Positions 1-10,542 of a stretch of DNA of 64,000 nucleotides are shown here, piece by piece; the first letter of the stretch is position 1, and each line of letters begins with the position of its first letter. Source of the stretch: Octopus sinensis (taxonomy: Eukaryota); NCBI RefSeq assembly GCF_006345805.1, contig NC_043000.1, positions 151,528,001 through 151,592,000 on the forward strand, given 5' to 3'. The translations under genes and the position numbers were made by a program. The notes beneath the pieces are model-generated. The model saw nothing but the letters and a program-made list of their open reading frames with translations, did no database searches and was not told where the DNA came from.

Positions 1-120
1 GGCATTGGTCGGCTCGGGGCTATAGCAGAAGACACTTGCCCAAGATGCCACGCAGTAAGGCTGAACCCGGAACCATGTGGCTGGTTAGCAAGCTACTTAC
101 CACACAGCCACTTCTGCGCC
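1..120 (-). mobile_element. SINE family A, 5' head (cut by window edge)
   Basis: Reverse complement of the GGCGCAG-AGTGGCTGTGTGG...GGTTCAG tRNA-like head shared with about 18 well-preserved copies. Confidence 0.9.
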
Positions 121-516
121 AACTCCATATGCTGAGTTGGCAGGAATAACTACTTCAATCTTTTCATACATCCTCCATTTAACTCCACTTCTCTTCAATC
201 AGTTCTGATCTAATTTATTCTTGATGGAAGGGTTGACTCAAAGCTATGGTAGAAGACACTTGCTGAAGGTGCAACACAACATTTCTTTCTATGCTTAACT
301 TGACAACAGTTTGCTTCGAAGTTTAGAAGATCTCTTCTCAACAACAAGAAGAGAATAAACAAAGAATCAGTCGAGTTATTAAGATGTAACAGAATAAATC
401 TGAACTCATTTTGAAGTGGACGTCTGAACCACTCAGCCAAGTTTGTGGAATGGCATGACCATTTTCAGATCTCTATAACTCAACAACGAGAAAGTGATCT
501 TGTTGATTATCTAGAG

Positions 517-839
517 CAGTGTTTCCCAAACTATCTTCCCCCAGGCCCCACTATAACTTTCTAGAAAAAAAAAAAAAAATTTATTTTTAATATTGTTATA
601 TTTTGGGATGGTAATTTTTAATATTTTATCACAATTACTTAATACAAAAGAATCTGCCAATAACTTTTTTATTTAGTACTGAGTACAAAAAACAAGTACA
701 TTATTGACTAAGAAAAAGAAAAGATTTTCACATTTCCATATCCCACTAAAAATAAAGAAAAAAATTTTGGACCCTATACCCTACCACAATTTTCCCAGGC
801 TTCTCCAGTAGGGAGCATGCCCCATGTTGGGAATTACTG
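517..839. mobile_element. hAT/Charlie-type MITE
   Basis: TIR CAGTGTTTCCCAA / TTGGGAATTACTG (11/13); imperfect 8-bp TSD ATCTAGAG / ACCTAGAG resembling the NTCTAGAN target. Confidence 0.7.
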
Positions 840-1003
840 ACCTAGAGAAAGAAATCCTTTTGTTTGGAATGTAATCTGTAGGCACTACAAGAGGCACATG
901 CATTTCCGATTATATCCATCAGAAAAGAAATAATTAACTATACATTTAGCAGGCATTTCTTCCATACTGGATGTTATGGTCATTGTAAGGATTCAGTAAC
1001 ATA

Positions 1004-1413
1004 GGCGCAGGAGTGGCTGTGTGGTAAGTAGCTTGCTAACCGACCGCATGGTTCCGGGTTCAGTCCCACTGCGTGGCATCTTGGGCAAGTGTCTTCTGCT
1101 ATAGCCCCGGGCCGACCAATGCCTTGTGAGTGGATTTGGTAGACGGAAACTGAAAGAAGCCTGTTGTATATATGTATATATATATATGTATGTGTGCGTG
1201 TTTGTGTGTCTGTGTTTGTTCACCTAGCATTGCTTGACAACCGATGCTGGTGTGTTTACGTCCTTGTCACTTAGCGGTTCAGCAAAAAGAGACCGATAGA
1301 AGAAGTACTGGGCTTACAAAAAGAATAAGTCCCGGGGTCGAGTTGCTTGACTAAAGGCGGTGCTCCAGCATGGCCGCAGTCAAATGACTGAAACAAGTAA
1401 AAGAGTAAAGAGT
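1004..1413 (+). mobile_element. SINE family A, full length
   Basis: A-box TGGCTGTGTGG, B-box GGTTCAGTCCC, CORE-like CTTGGGCAAGTG, (TA/TG)n, (AAGAGT)n tail. Confidence 0.92.
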
Positions 1414-1461
1414 AGTCATGGAATTATTTAGAAATACCATGTAGTTGGATAAGATACTCAC

Positions 1462-1578
1462 CTGATGGTTCATACCTGTGTTTGATGAATCTCATGTGAG
1501 TTGCACACCAGCTATCACTCTCAGAGCCCAAAATTAGAACAATAGCCTGGTTTCTATGGTTATGGTTATCTAAGACAA
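1462..1578 (-). CDS. Exon d of unidentified minus-strand gene (VLDNHNHRNQAIVLILGSESDSWCATHMRFIKHRYEPS)
   Basis: ccatttcag acceptor, CAG|gtgagt donor, 117 nt, phase 1-1, open frame compatible with exon 4908-5068. Confidence 0.7.
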
Positions 1579-1984
1579 CTGAAATGGTTTTCCATTGTGT
1601 TCTCCGGGTCCATAGGTGGATTTGATCTGCTCATATATTTCACAGGAGTTAGCTGTATCTATTCACTGTACCTGTTTAAAGGTAGATGAACTAAGCCTAC
1701 AATAATGAGTGTCTCAACCAGCTGCAGTTCTCAGTAAAATTGGTTGATGAGTTCTTCCATAGGGTAGGGCCAATATTAACATAAAGATAAGAGTTTATAT
1801 TTACTGAATGGGTTAAGAAAACCTGCTTTGCTCTGTGGGAAAAGGATTTTCTTTACAAAGGCTTAATTATGATATCTGTATCAGGCATGTGATTATGTAT
1901 AATATCAAAATTTGGTTAAAGAAAATGAAATTGCGCAAATCAATATCAACCTGGGTGTGTTTTATTGATTATTAAAATAAGACC

Positions 1985-2090
1985 CTGTGTGCTAAGAAAA
2001 ATGATGGGAATTAAAAGTTATCTGATGTTGGATGTATTAAGGGCAGTTACAGATGGTCTGATTAATTTGATAAAATTGGATGATGTAGAT
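1985..2090 (+). mobile_element. Highly decayed RTE LINE remnant
   Basis: gtgtgctaagaaaaatgatgggaattaaaag resembles the LREKLGIRGI-coding segment at about 47965. Confidence 0.35.
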
Positions 2091-2309
2091 AAAAAAAAAT
2101 AATAAAATAGTTTCTTTAGGTAGAAGTAATAGGTAGCAACAACAGCAGTAGCAGTCAGACAGAGCTGGATTAAGAATAAATTTGATCAGAACTGATCAAA
2201 GAGAAATGGGATTAAGCAGGGATATATGAAAGGATTGAAGTTGCTATCTCTGCCAATGCAAACATCATTTACTTTCTCAAGTGTATGGACGTGGGAGGGT
2301 TCTGTGTGG

Positions 2310-2480
2310 TCTCTCAGTCTGCTGGAAATAACACTTAAATATCCCTAAAATCACTTTCTAATGTCTTCAAAAAAACAGAAGAAAAAAAATATCCACTCAT
2401 TTGATAATCCGGGCTCTATCCATTGTTTCTGAAATAAATGAGAGGAGGGTCATGGCTGGAAAACATTTAATCATACACCA
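2310..2480 (+). repeat. Old dispersed repeat (family F)
   Basis: CTGCT-GAAATA-CA...AAAT-TCCCT-AAATCAC motif recurs near 17620, 26650 (rc), 33560 (rc) and 35090. Confidence 0.4.
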
Positions 2481-2705
2481 ACTCAATCACCACTGACAAC
2501 AATACAACTTATACTTCCCTAATGATATGTTCACACACACACATACACACACACACACAACTATATGAGGATATGCATGAATAAACATAATCCATGTTGA
2601 AGGCACAGAATCTGGTCAAATCCCTAGCTTGTGTATAGGGCTTCTGATACCCCTCTCAATACACCTGTTCTGTGCAAGAGTCTTCCAAGTAATTATCGCT
2701 TCATT

Positions 2706-2909
2706 TTCTTTTATTCTTTTACTTGTTTCAGTCATTTGACTGCGGCCATGCTGGAGCACCACCTTTAGTCGAGCAAATCGACCCCGGGACTTATTCTTTT
2801 GTAAGCCCAGTACTTATTCTATCGGTCTCTTTTGCCGAACCGCTAAGTGACGGGGACGTAAACACACCAGCATCAGTTGTCAAGCAATGCTAGGGGGACA
2901 GACACACAA

Positions 2910-2940
<31 letters not shown>

Positions 2941-3111
2941 CATATATACGACAGGCTTCTTTCAGTTTCCGTCTACCAAATCCACTCACGGGGCATTGGT
3001 CGGCCCGGGGCTATAGCAGAAGACACTTGCCCAAGATGCCACGCAGTGGGACTGAACCCGCAACCATGTGGTTGGTTAGCAAGCTACTTACCACACAGCC
3101 ACTCCTGCGCC
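2706..3111 (-). mobile_element. SINE family A, full length
   Basis: Near-identical reverse complement of 1004-1413. Confidence 0.92.
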
Positions 3112-3519
3112 TATGATTTATAAACAAAAACATAAAAATCTATCAGATTATTTTCGAATATATATTCTTAATATATCTGTTGTGGCACTTGGCTTTTGAA
3201 CTATACGTTCAGCTTATAATACTGGATGCAAATGTCATGGTTGATCTTCTATATATATGATTTTGAATGCATTAATTTCAGACTAATAATACCTGTCTTT
3301 TGTTATACAGATTTCTTAGTACTTGCACTCCAGACTTGCTCTTTGTATTTAGATGTTCAGGCAGGTGCTTCTTGTTTCAGCTAATTGAATTACTAATTAC
3401 AATTTATGGGGCAATATTCAATTCAGTTACAGGTTTGACATAAATATGAATAATTTCTCAGCCATAAACGTAATATAAACAACAGAAAGGTACGCCTTTG
3501 TTTCTGTTTAATGTGTTGG

Positions 3520-3780
3520 TGTGTGTTTGAGTATACGTGTGTGTGTGTGTGTATATATATGAATAAATGAAAGAATGGAGTCGAACGAAGATGTTAACAA
3601 AATTCATTCACCTACTTATATATATATATATACACACACACACATACATACACACATACATGTGTGTACATGTATGTGTATGTATATATGTTTATGTGTA
3701 CGTGTATATACATATACATACATACATGCGTGTGCATACATATACATGTATATGTGTGTTTAAGAGTGTATATATACCAT
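3520..3780. repeat. Compound (GT)/(AT)/(AC) microsatellite
   Basis: Direct inspection. Confidence 0.85.
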
Positions 3781-4790
3781 CATCAGAATCATTATTTTAT
3801 GTCCATTTTTTCCATGCTTGCATGGATCGAACAAGTTTTCTCCACCACAAAATCTTGCCATGTGCTGGGTTCCTTTGTTTTCTATTTGTTAAGATTCAAC
3901 CTTCTGCAATCAGTTCACACCACTTCTTCCACAGGTTCCTTCCACTTGGATTACTTGGTACCACAGTACCCTTATGCTATTCCCCATATGCATCACATGT
4001 CTGTACCAGCGCAGTTTTCCCTTTTGCACACTGCATATAATTTCTCATATACCAATTTTCCTCTCAGTTCATTTGTATTCCATCGTTCATGCACATTAGC
4101 ATTACACATCCAGCATAGCATGCTTGCTTCATTTTTTTTTTTCCAGCCTTCACACATCTTCTGGATTTAATGCCCATGTTTCATTAGTGCAATATTGCAT
4201 TGCCTGCATCATACAATCTACCTTTCACTCAGAAAGAGAATCTCTTTGTCACTAATAAAAATAATAGCCTCTTGAACTTTTTCTGTCTCATTCTTGCAAC
4301 CATTCTTTTGGAACACCCTCTATATTGGTATATTGGTCACCTTGCCAAGAGAAGCTATCAACATTATCTTGGGAGCATCCTGAGGTTTTGAAAGAATTTA
4401 TTTCACTGAGACTCTTATTACTAACTATTCCTATACTATACATCTACTACACACAAAACCTTCTCTAAATTTTCAGTAGACTCAGCAATTAGAACCTGTT
4501 CATTGTCATACAGAATTTCCCTAGGATTACTGATCTTAAGGTCTTTTGTTAGGCTTAATGATAAATAGGAGAGGGCTGAGAACCAAGCCCTGATAAATAC
4601 CTACCGGCTTACTGAGTTTCTCACTAAATTCGTTACCAATACTCACTTTCCCAACAGCATCTCTGGACATGTCTCACACAGTTCTTACAAATCATTAAGC
4701 TATGCCTGTTTTTGTTAGTAATCACTAAACTACAGAGCAGAATACGCAGTAAAAGCTTTGTCCAGAACAACACTTTTATCTAAGAACTTA
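3780..4790 (-). pseudogene. Decayed RTE-clade LINE, 3' half (RT to tail)
   Basis: Minus strand encodes VGIYQGLVLSPLLFI, EILYDNEQVLIAES, VKGRLYDA and EASMLCWMCNANVHE with frameshifts; ends in a CATGCAAGCATGG...GATGAT tail. Confidence 0.85.
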
Positions 4791-4907
4791 TGTAAAATGC
4801 CTTAGGAGAAAGTGGGTATCAGTAAGTAGTACCTTGTTCTATTACAAAACTCAGTTGTATCTCAGTTAATCCTCTTCCTAATCACCTATGCTATATATCT
4901 CTGTTAC

Positions 4908-5068
4908 TTTTGTAAGCTTCTCTATCTGTTTTGATGTCACTAGCTGAGACGTTGTTTATTTCCTTCATAAACCAAAGGGTCTGTCTGCTTGGTAGTTCGT
5001 GCAAAGTTGTGGAATACAGTACACTACTTGGGAAAATGGTAGGGATCTGCATTAGGAATGGCACCTGA
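4908..5068 (-). CDS. Exon c of unidentified minus-strand gene (QVPFLMQIPTIFPSSVLYSTT...DREAYK)
   Basis: ttctatag acceptor, A|gtaaca donor, 161 nt, phase 2-1, fits both neighbouring exons. Confidence 0.7.
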
Positions 5069-5127
5069 CTATAGAATACTGCCTTAACGTGTTTTATCCA
5101 ACCCATACCCTCATGGAAAAGGCAGAC

Positions 5128-5603
5128 TTAACTCTTTGCCATTTAAACCAGCCGTATCCAGCCAAAATATTCTACTTACTTCATGTTCAAATAGGACGGA
5201 TCTGATCTCTCACACCTGCCCTACAATGTCGTTCTGCAAATAAACAATCATATCATCAAAATCTCAAAGGTATGAGATTGTTAAGGCGGCGAGCTGGCAG
5301 AAACGTTAGCACGCCGGGCGAAATGCGTGGCCGTATTTCGTCTGCCGTTACGTTCTGAGTTCAAATTCCGCCAAGGTCGACTTTGCCTTTCATCCTTTCG
5401 GGGTCGATAAATTAAAGTACCAGTTACGCACTGGCGTTGATGTAATTGACTTAATACCTATGTCTGTCCTTGTTTGTCCCCTCTGTGTTTAGCCCCTTGT
5501 GGGCAATAAAGAAATAGGTATGAGATAATGCATGATTAAGTCAAAACAGTGTGAATAAATAAATATTACTTTTGACAGAAGAATCTGAATGCTAAAGAGT
5601 TAC
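5128..5603. mobile_element. TTAA/piggyBac-like MITE (family G) interrupted by SINE B1
   Basis: TTAACTCTTTG...CTAAAGAGTTA ends; body homologous to 12551 and 56243. Confidence 0.7.
5279..5515 (+). mobile_element. SINE family B1
   Basis: GGCGGCGAGCTGGCAG head, GAGTTCAAATTCC B-box; 11-bp TSD AGGTATGAGAT (5268-5278 / 5516-5526). Confidence 0.92.
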
Positions 5604-6509
5604 AAAAAAAAAAAGGATGTTGATGGAGTTAACTCCAGTTTTGGAGGGTTTTCACTAAAAAAAAAGAAAACAAGTTCAGGACCCTAGTTTTTGTCTCCCC
5701 ACCAATTATACTAAATTAGATTGAAAATAATTTCATTTGAATTTTTCTTACTTCTTCAGTTATCTCGTGCCTATGTCTTAGTCTGGATGAGATGCAGTTT
5801 GGGTTTATGCTAGGATTGAGGATGGGATACTCTTGATGCCCTTTTCCTAGTTCCTAATGAGGCAACTACAGACATGCTTAAATGGAAGCAAGCTACTCAA
5901 CCAAATCTACGTGAGAGTTAACAATTCAGCATTGAATTTAGCATGTAGGTTGGTGTATATTAGGGCTCAGTAATTATCCCCTTTCTGTTTATTATAGTTT
6001 CCCAGTCCATAACAGGTGAGTTTATGACTGATTTTCATTGAATACTCCTGTATGCCAATGACTTCTCACACCTGAATAAGTCAATAGTTTAGGGAAAGAA
6101 TTCCAAACTTATAAATAGACCTCAAAATAAACTTAACTTATCAAAGACAAAAGTTTTGCTTAGCATTAAAAAAAAAAACACAAAACAGGACTCTGCAGCT
6201 ACCAGGAAACTAACCAGGCTTGATATATAGATAAGGAGTAAGTAGAGATTTCATATGGTTTACTCTTTATAAACTATGAATGCGCAGCAGGTTTACTGGA
6301 ATCACAGGGATTGTTGAGTTAATGTATGGTAGAGGCGTAAGTACAGTTAACAGTAAAAGTATATATCAAACAATTCCTTCAAATAATCAGAAAGCTCCCT
6401 AGAAATAAGTGATAGCTTTTGTAACCTGTATGATCTAATTAACTGTGAAGATGGGGATGTTCTGAAAGAATAATTACCAGAGTAAAAGCTGGGTAGAAAA
6501 TGTTCAGGG

Positions 6510-6736
6510 GCGAACTGGCAGAAACATTAGCAGACCAGGCGAAATGTTTAGCGGTATTTAGTCTGCCGTTACGTTCTGAGTTCAAATTCCGCCGTGGTCA
6601 ACTTTGTCTTTCATCCTTTCAGGGTCAATAAATTAAGTACCAGTTATGCACTGGGGTCGATGCAATCAACTTAATCTCTTTGTCTGTCCTTGTTTGTCCC
6701 CTCTATGTTTAGCCCTTTGTGGGCAATAAAGAAATA
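6510..6736 (+). mobile_element. SINE family B1
   Basis: 15-bp TSD AGAAAATGTTCAGGG at 6495-6509 and 6737-6751. Confidence 0.92.
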
Positions 6737-7020
6737 AGAAAATGTTCAGGGAACTTTTACCTCTGTTGACAGCAAATAGTTATTCTCAAAGTGAAAAGCA
6801 GATTTTATGATGCTTTGGGGAGTGAAAACCAGGCCATGAATGTGGGGATTTGTGTAGGTTGGAAAGGAATCAGATGTGCATGACTTGTTGGATGTGTAGT
6901 GCTAGTGAGTATGAACAGTTGGGGCACAAATGAACTGAGAGTAAAACATAACATTTTGAAGAATTAAATATAGTATAGAAGAGATTAGACTACGTCAGTA
7001 TTAGCATTGAGGTATATGGA

Positions 7021-7441
7021 AAATACCTATTTCTTTACTACCCACAAGGGGCTAAACACAGAGAGGACATCAAGGACAGACAAACGGATTAAGTCGATTA
7101 TATCAGTCCCAGTACGTAACTGGTACTTAATTTATCGACCCCGAAAGGATGAAAGGCAAAGTCGACCTCGGCGGAATTTGGACTCAGAACGTAGCGGTAG
7201 ACGAAATACCTATTTCTTTACTACCCACAAGGGGCTAAACACAGAGAGGACAAACAAGGACAGACAAACGGATTAAGTCGATTATATCGACCCCAGTGCG
7301 TAACTGGTACTTATTTACTCAACCCCGAAAGGATGAAAGGCAAAGTCGACCTCGGCGGAATTTGAACACAGAACGTAGCGGCAGACGAAATACCGCTAAG
7401 CATTTCGCCCGGCGTGCTAACGTTTCTGCCAGCTCGCTGCC
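7021..7441 (-). mobile_element. SINE family B1 tandem dimer
   Basis: Full copy 7204-7441 plus a second head-less unit of about 183 bp at 7021-7203. Confidence 0.9.
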
Positions 7442-7739
7442 TTCCAGTTGTATAAACAAGTGCTGGATGCTCAAAGTGGATAGATCCTGTAGAATGGGCA
7501 GGCCAATGAAGACATGGAATATAGTGCTGAAAATTGGTCACAAAATACTGGACCCCCATAAAGGAGATGACAAAGGATCACTGCTTATGGTGAAGCCCTG
7601 TGTTGGTAAAGACCTGCTAGACCCAAGCATGGACAATGGATATAAAAATGATGTTGCTAGTCTTGAAAGAGATTAGGATGTATAATATATACATTTGGGG
7701 CACCTCCTGGCCTTTATGTTCATATTAAGTTTTCATACA

Positions 7740-8215
7740 TTTCTCTCCCCCTTTTTTCATTAATCTCATCTTTATCATGTTCCCTCACCTGTCAATGTGC
7801 TTTCCTTCTATCACTCTATCTCTCTCCCATCATGCAGATTGAGTAACGAGGGATGGTATTGCTTTAGATCTGTCCATATTCAATGCCCTTTTTGCCATCT
7901 CTCGTTCTTATTGACTTCCATCACTCCTACTCTCTTACATCCCATCTACACTGTTATTACTTTCTCTTAAATTAACCCCTCTTCTGACATTCTTGACATC
8001 CATCACTTGCTCATATCATTCTCTCTACTCCACCACTTTCTCTCTCCTCCTCTATCACTCATTTCTAGTACTCCCTCTTCTATTACTCTGTCTCTTTCCT
8101 ATCACTAACTCCCCCGCCCCCCATCATGTTGTTCCTACTGAATTTTTTTACCAACATTCATCATGTAGCAACTTTGTCATCCTCTACCACCCTCTTTTTA
8201 TCCTTTTTTTTACTT
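7740..8215. repeat. Pyrimidine-rich low-complexity tract
   Basis: CT-rich, degenerate. Confidence 0.6.
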
Positions 8216-8380
8216 AACTCTTATGATTGGGGCCCTTCATGGCTTAGTTATTTTTATGTTCTGAGTTCAAATTCCACAAAGATCTACTTTGTCCTTCATC
8301 ACTTTGTGATTAATAAAATAAAGTCCAAATTCCATCTCACCCATGCAAGTATGGAAAAGTGAATGCTAAATGACGATACA

Positions 8381-8672
8381 GGGGCCAGGCGAGGCTGGCA
8401 ACACCATCCAATCGTAGCCATTGCCAGCCTCACCTGGCCCCTGTGCCGGTGGCATGTAAAAAGCACCATCCATCCATGGCTGTTTGCCAGCTCCGTCTGG
8501 CACCTGTGCGGGTGGCACGTAAAAAGCACCCACTACACTCACGGAGTGGTTGGCGTTAGGAAGGGCATCCAGCCGTAGAAACACTGCCAGATCAGACAGA
8601 CCCCAGTTGAACCGTCCAACCCATGCTAGCATGGAAAGCGGACGTTAAACGATGATGATGATGATGATGACG
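8381..8672 (+). mobile_element. Family C: RTE 3' UTR retrocopy with 5' inversion
   Basis: GTTAGGAAGGGCATCCAG motif, CCATGCTAGCATGG palindrome, (GAT)n tail; homologous to the LINE tail at 48270-48455. Confidence 0.88.
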
Positions 8673-8689
8673 ATATATATATATATATA

Positions 8690-8720
<31 letters not shown>

Positions 8721-9297
8721 CAAATGACAAGTTACCATGCAGTTTTCATCTATCAAATTTCACCCGCGAGACACTAGTCCACCCATGGCTATTTTAGAAG
8801 ACATGAGTCCAAGGATCTAACATAGAACCACAAGCAGACTGCCATGCTTGCACCTGAATTCCTTTGGAATAAAAATACCCCTTGCTTGCAAAGCAAAGTT
8901 TGGTGACAGGGAGATCATCCTGCTGTAAAAATCTTGTCTCAGGAACCTCTTCCCCTATCATGCTAGCATGTAAAAATACGCATTAAATAAACAAATAATG
9001 TCTGTATGTGTGTGTGTGTGTGTGTGCGTTTAAATCGATATCATTATAGTTTTGAGGTTACTTGTCTCTTTATCTAAACTTATCAGTGCTAATTATCGTT
9101 GTGTTTTATTAATAGGATTGGCAACTGAATTAGACATTTGCATTGTTATTTCATGTGTATTCTTCATAATGTCAACTGCAACTTTATACAATATTAAATC
9201 ATCATCAAGCTGTGGGATGAGCAGCATAATTGATTATCTTTGATTTGCATTTTTTATCAATTCCTCAAAATTGAATATTATTTCAAACTAAACTTAC

Positions 9298-9360
9298 CCA
9301 TTTTGGAAATAATTTTTATAGCTAATTACTATGTAAGAGTTCTGTGGTGTCCCTGTTCTG
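9298..9360 (-). CDS. Exon b of unidentified minus-strand gene (RTGTPQNSYIVISYKNYFQN)
   Basis: aattttacag acceptor, GG|gtaagt donor, 63 nt, phase 2-2. Confidence 0.7.
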
Positions 9361-9561
9361 CTGTAAAATTAATTTTTTTACTTTTCCATAATGGTATTAA
9401 TACTGCCATTTATCCTATGGTTTTTAGTTGAGTCTGTTTAATTCTTGGAAAATACATTTGTTACTTGCTCTTCATAGAAGTGTTTAACAATAATTCTTTG
9501 GTTTGGCACTCACACACACACACCTACCCCTCCCTCCACACACATATTATAGATCAATCTA

Positions 9562-9952
9562 TCTATATATAAAAAAACTGAAGTTGTCTGTGTATGGCAG
9601 GTTTTGTAGCCTTCAACTAACACTATCTCCTCCGAGACCCTGCAGCGCAAGTTGACCAAAATTGAGAGTATGATAGAAGAAGGCTTGCTCTTCCTTCCGT
9701 AGAAGAAAAAATTCAAATTGAACCATGTTAACATCAAAAATTATTTACATCAAAAAATTGCTTTTTTTCTATGAAAATCCCTATTTTTTTACGTTTTTTT
9801 GACTGCTGTGTCACCATTTTCCGGTGTATTTCAACCAGAAAAATGTTCACTTGAAGAGAGTAACAAGCTACTTAATGCAAAATTTTACTTTTCAAAAATT
9901 CCAATTCTAAAGGGTCGAAACAAACCCAAGCAACGCCGGGCGATACTGCTAG
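9562..9952 (+). mobile_element. Non-autonomous Helitron (family I)
   Basis: A|TC start, subterminal hairpin CCC(A/G)AGCAACGCCGGG, CTAG|T end; second copy at 12924. Confidence 0.8.
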
Positions 9953-10099
9953 TATTTGATATTTTATGAAGTGGTTTTATGCCCTCTTTTAATATTTTGC
10001 TAAAGAAATTTAAAAAAGAAGATATATATTGCAGGGTAAAAAATTCTGAAAATTGTGGAAATTCATAAAAAAACTTATATAAAACTATTTATTTGGTTT

Positions 10100-10250
10100 T
10101 CAGAAGTTTGATTCACAACTGCGTGACCCCAGTTTGAATCCCACTGTGTGACCCCTTCGGGATGTTTTTCTATTATTGCCTCATATCAACAAATGCCTTA
10201 TGAGTGAAATATGGTTGATAGAAAATGTGTGGAAGCTGATTGTGTGTATA
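10100..10250 (+). mobile_element. Diverged family A head
   Basis: gtttgaatcccactgtgtg...aatgccttatgagtgaaat similarity. Confidence 0.55.
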
Positions 10251-10420
10251 AACGTGTAGCAATCAGTAACAAAAGTTAAAATGTGAATGGATCCTTTTAA
10301 AATTACTTTTGTTTAACTTCTAAAAACTAAAATAGTTAACAATTGCAGCGTGGAAGGTGTTTGTAAGCCATTTAAGAAACACACAAAAGCTGTTCGATTC
10401 ACTTCAACATTTAAGTTTAA

Positions 10421-10470
10421 TTTGTCAAAATATTTTCGTCGCTAAAATCCGCGACCTGTTCACTGACAAA
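10421..10470 (-). ncRNA. Minimal type I hammerhead ribozyme-like motif (G3-C8 variant), intact stems
   Basis: TTTGTCA-GTGAACA-G-GTCGC-loop8-GCGAC-GAAA-ATATT-T-TGACAAA: 7-bp stem I, 5-bp stem II, palindromic stem III. Confidence 0.65.
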
Positions 10471-10492
10471 AATCCGTGATGCAGCATGGATT

Positions 10493-10542
10493 TTTGTCAG
10501 TGAACAGGTCGCGGATTTTAGCGCCGAAAATATTTTGACAAA
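10493..10542 (+). ncRNA. Minimal type I hammerhead-like motif (G3-C8 variant), one stem II mismatch
   Basis: Same as the minus-strand copy but GCGCC instead of GCGAC. Confidence 0.55.

Larger units (their letters stand above)
5775..7665 (+). pseudogene. Decayed RTE-clade LINE (RT to tail) interrupted by SINE B1 insertions
   Basis: Encodes LDEMQFGFM, VGVY*GSV..FLFII, LLYAND, ELLPLL and CRMGRPMKTW with stops and frameshifts. Confidence 0.85.

Noticed and set aside
210-472. Terminal exon of the minus-strand gene / 76-aa ORF
   Set aside because: Several acceptor choices (472, 470, or via a 43-nt exon near 845-888) give short different endings; cannot choose without transcripts
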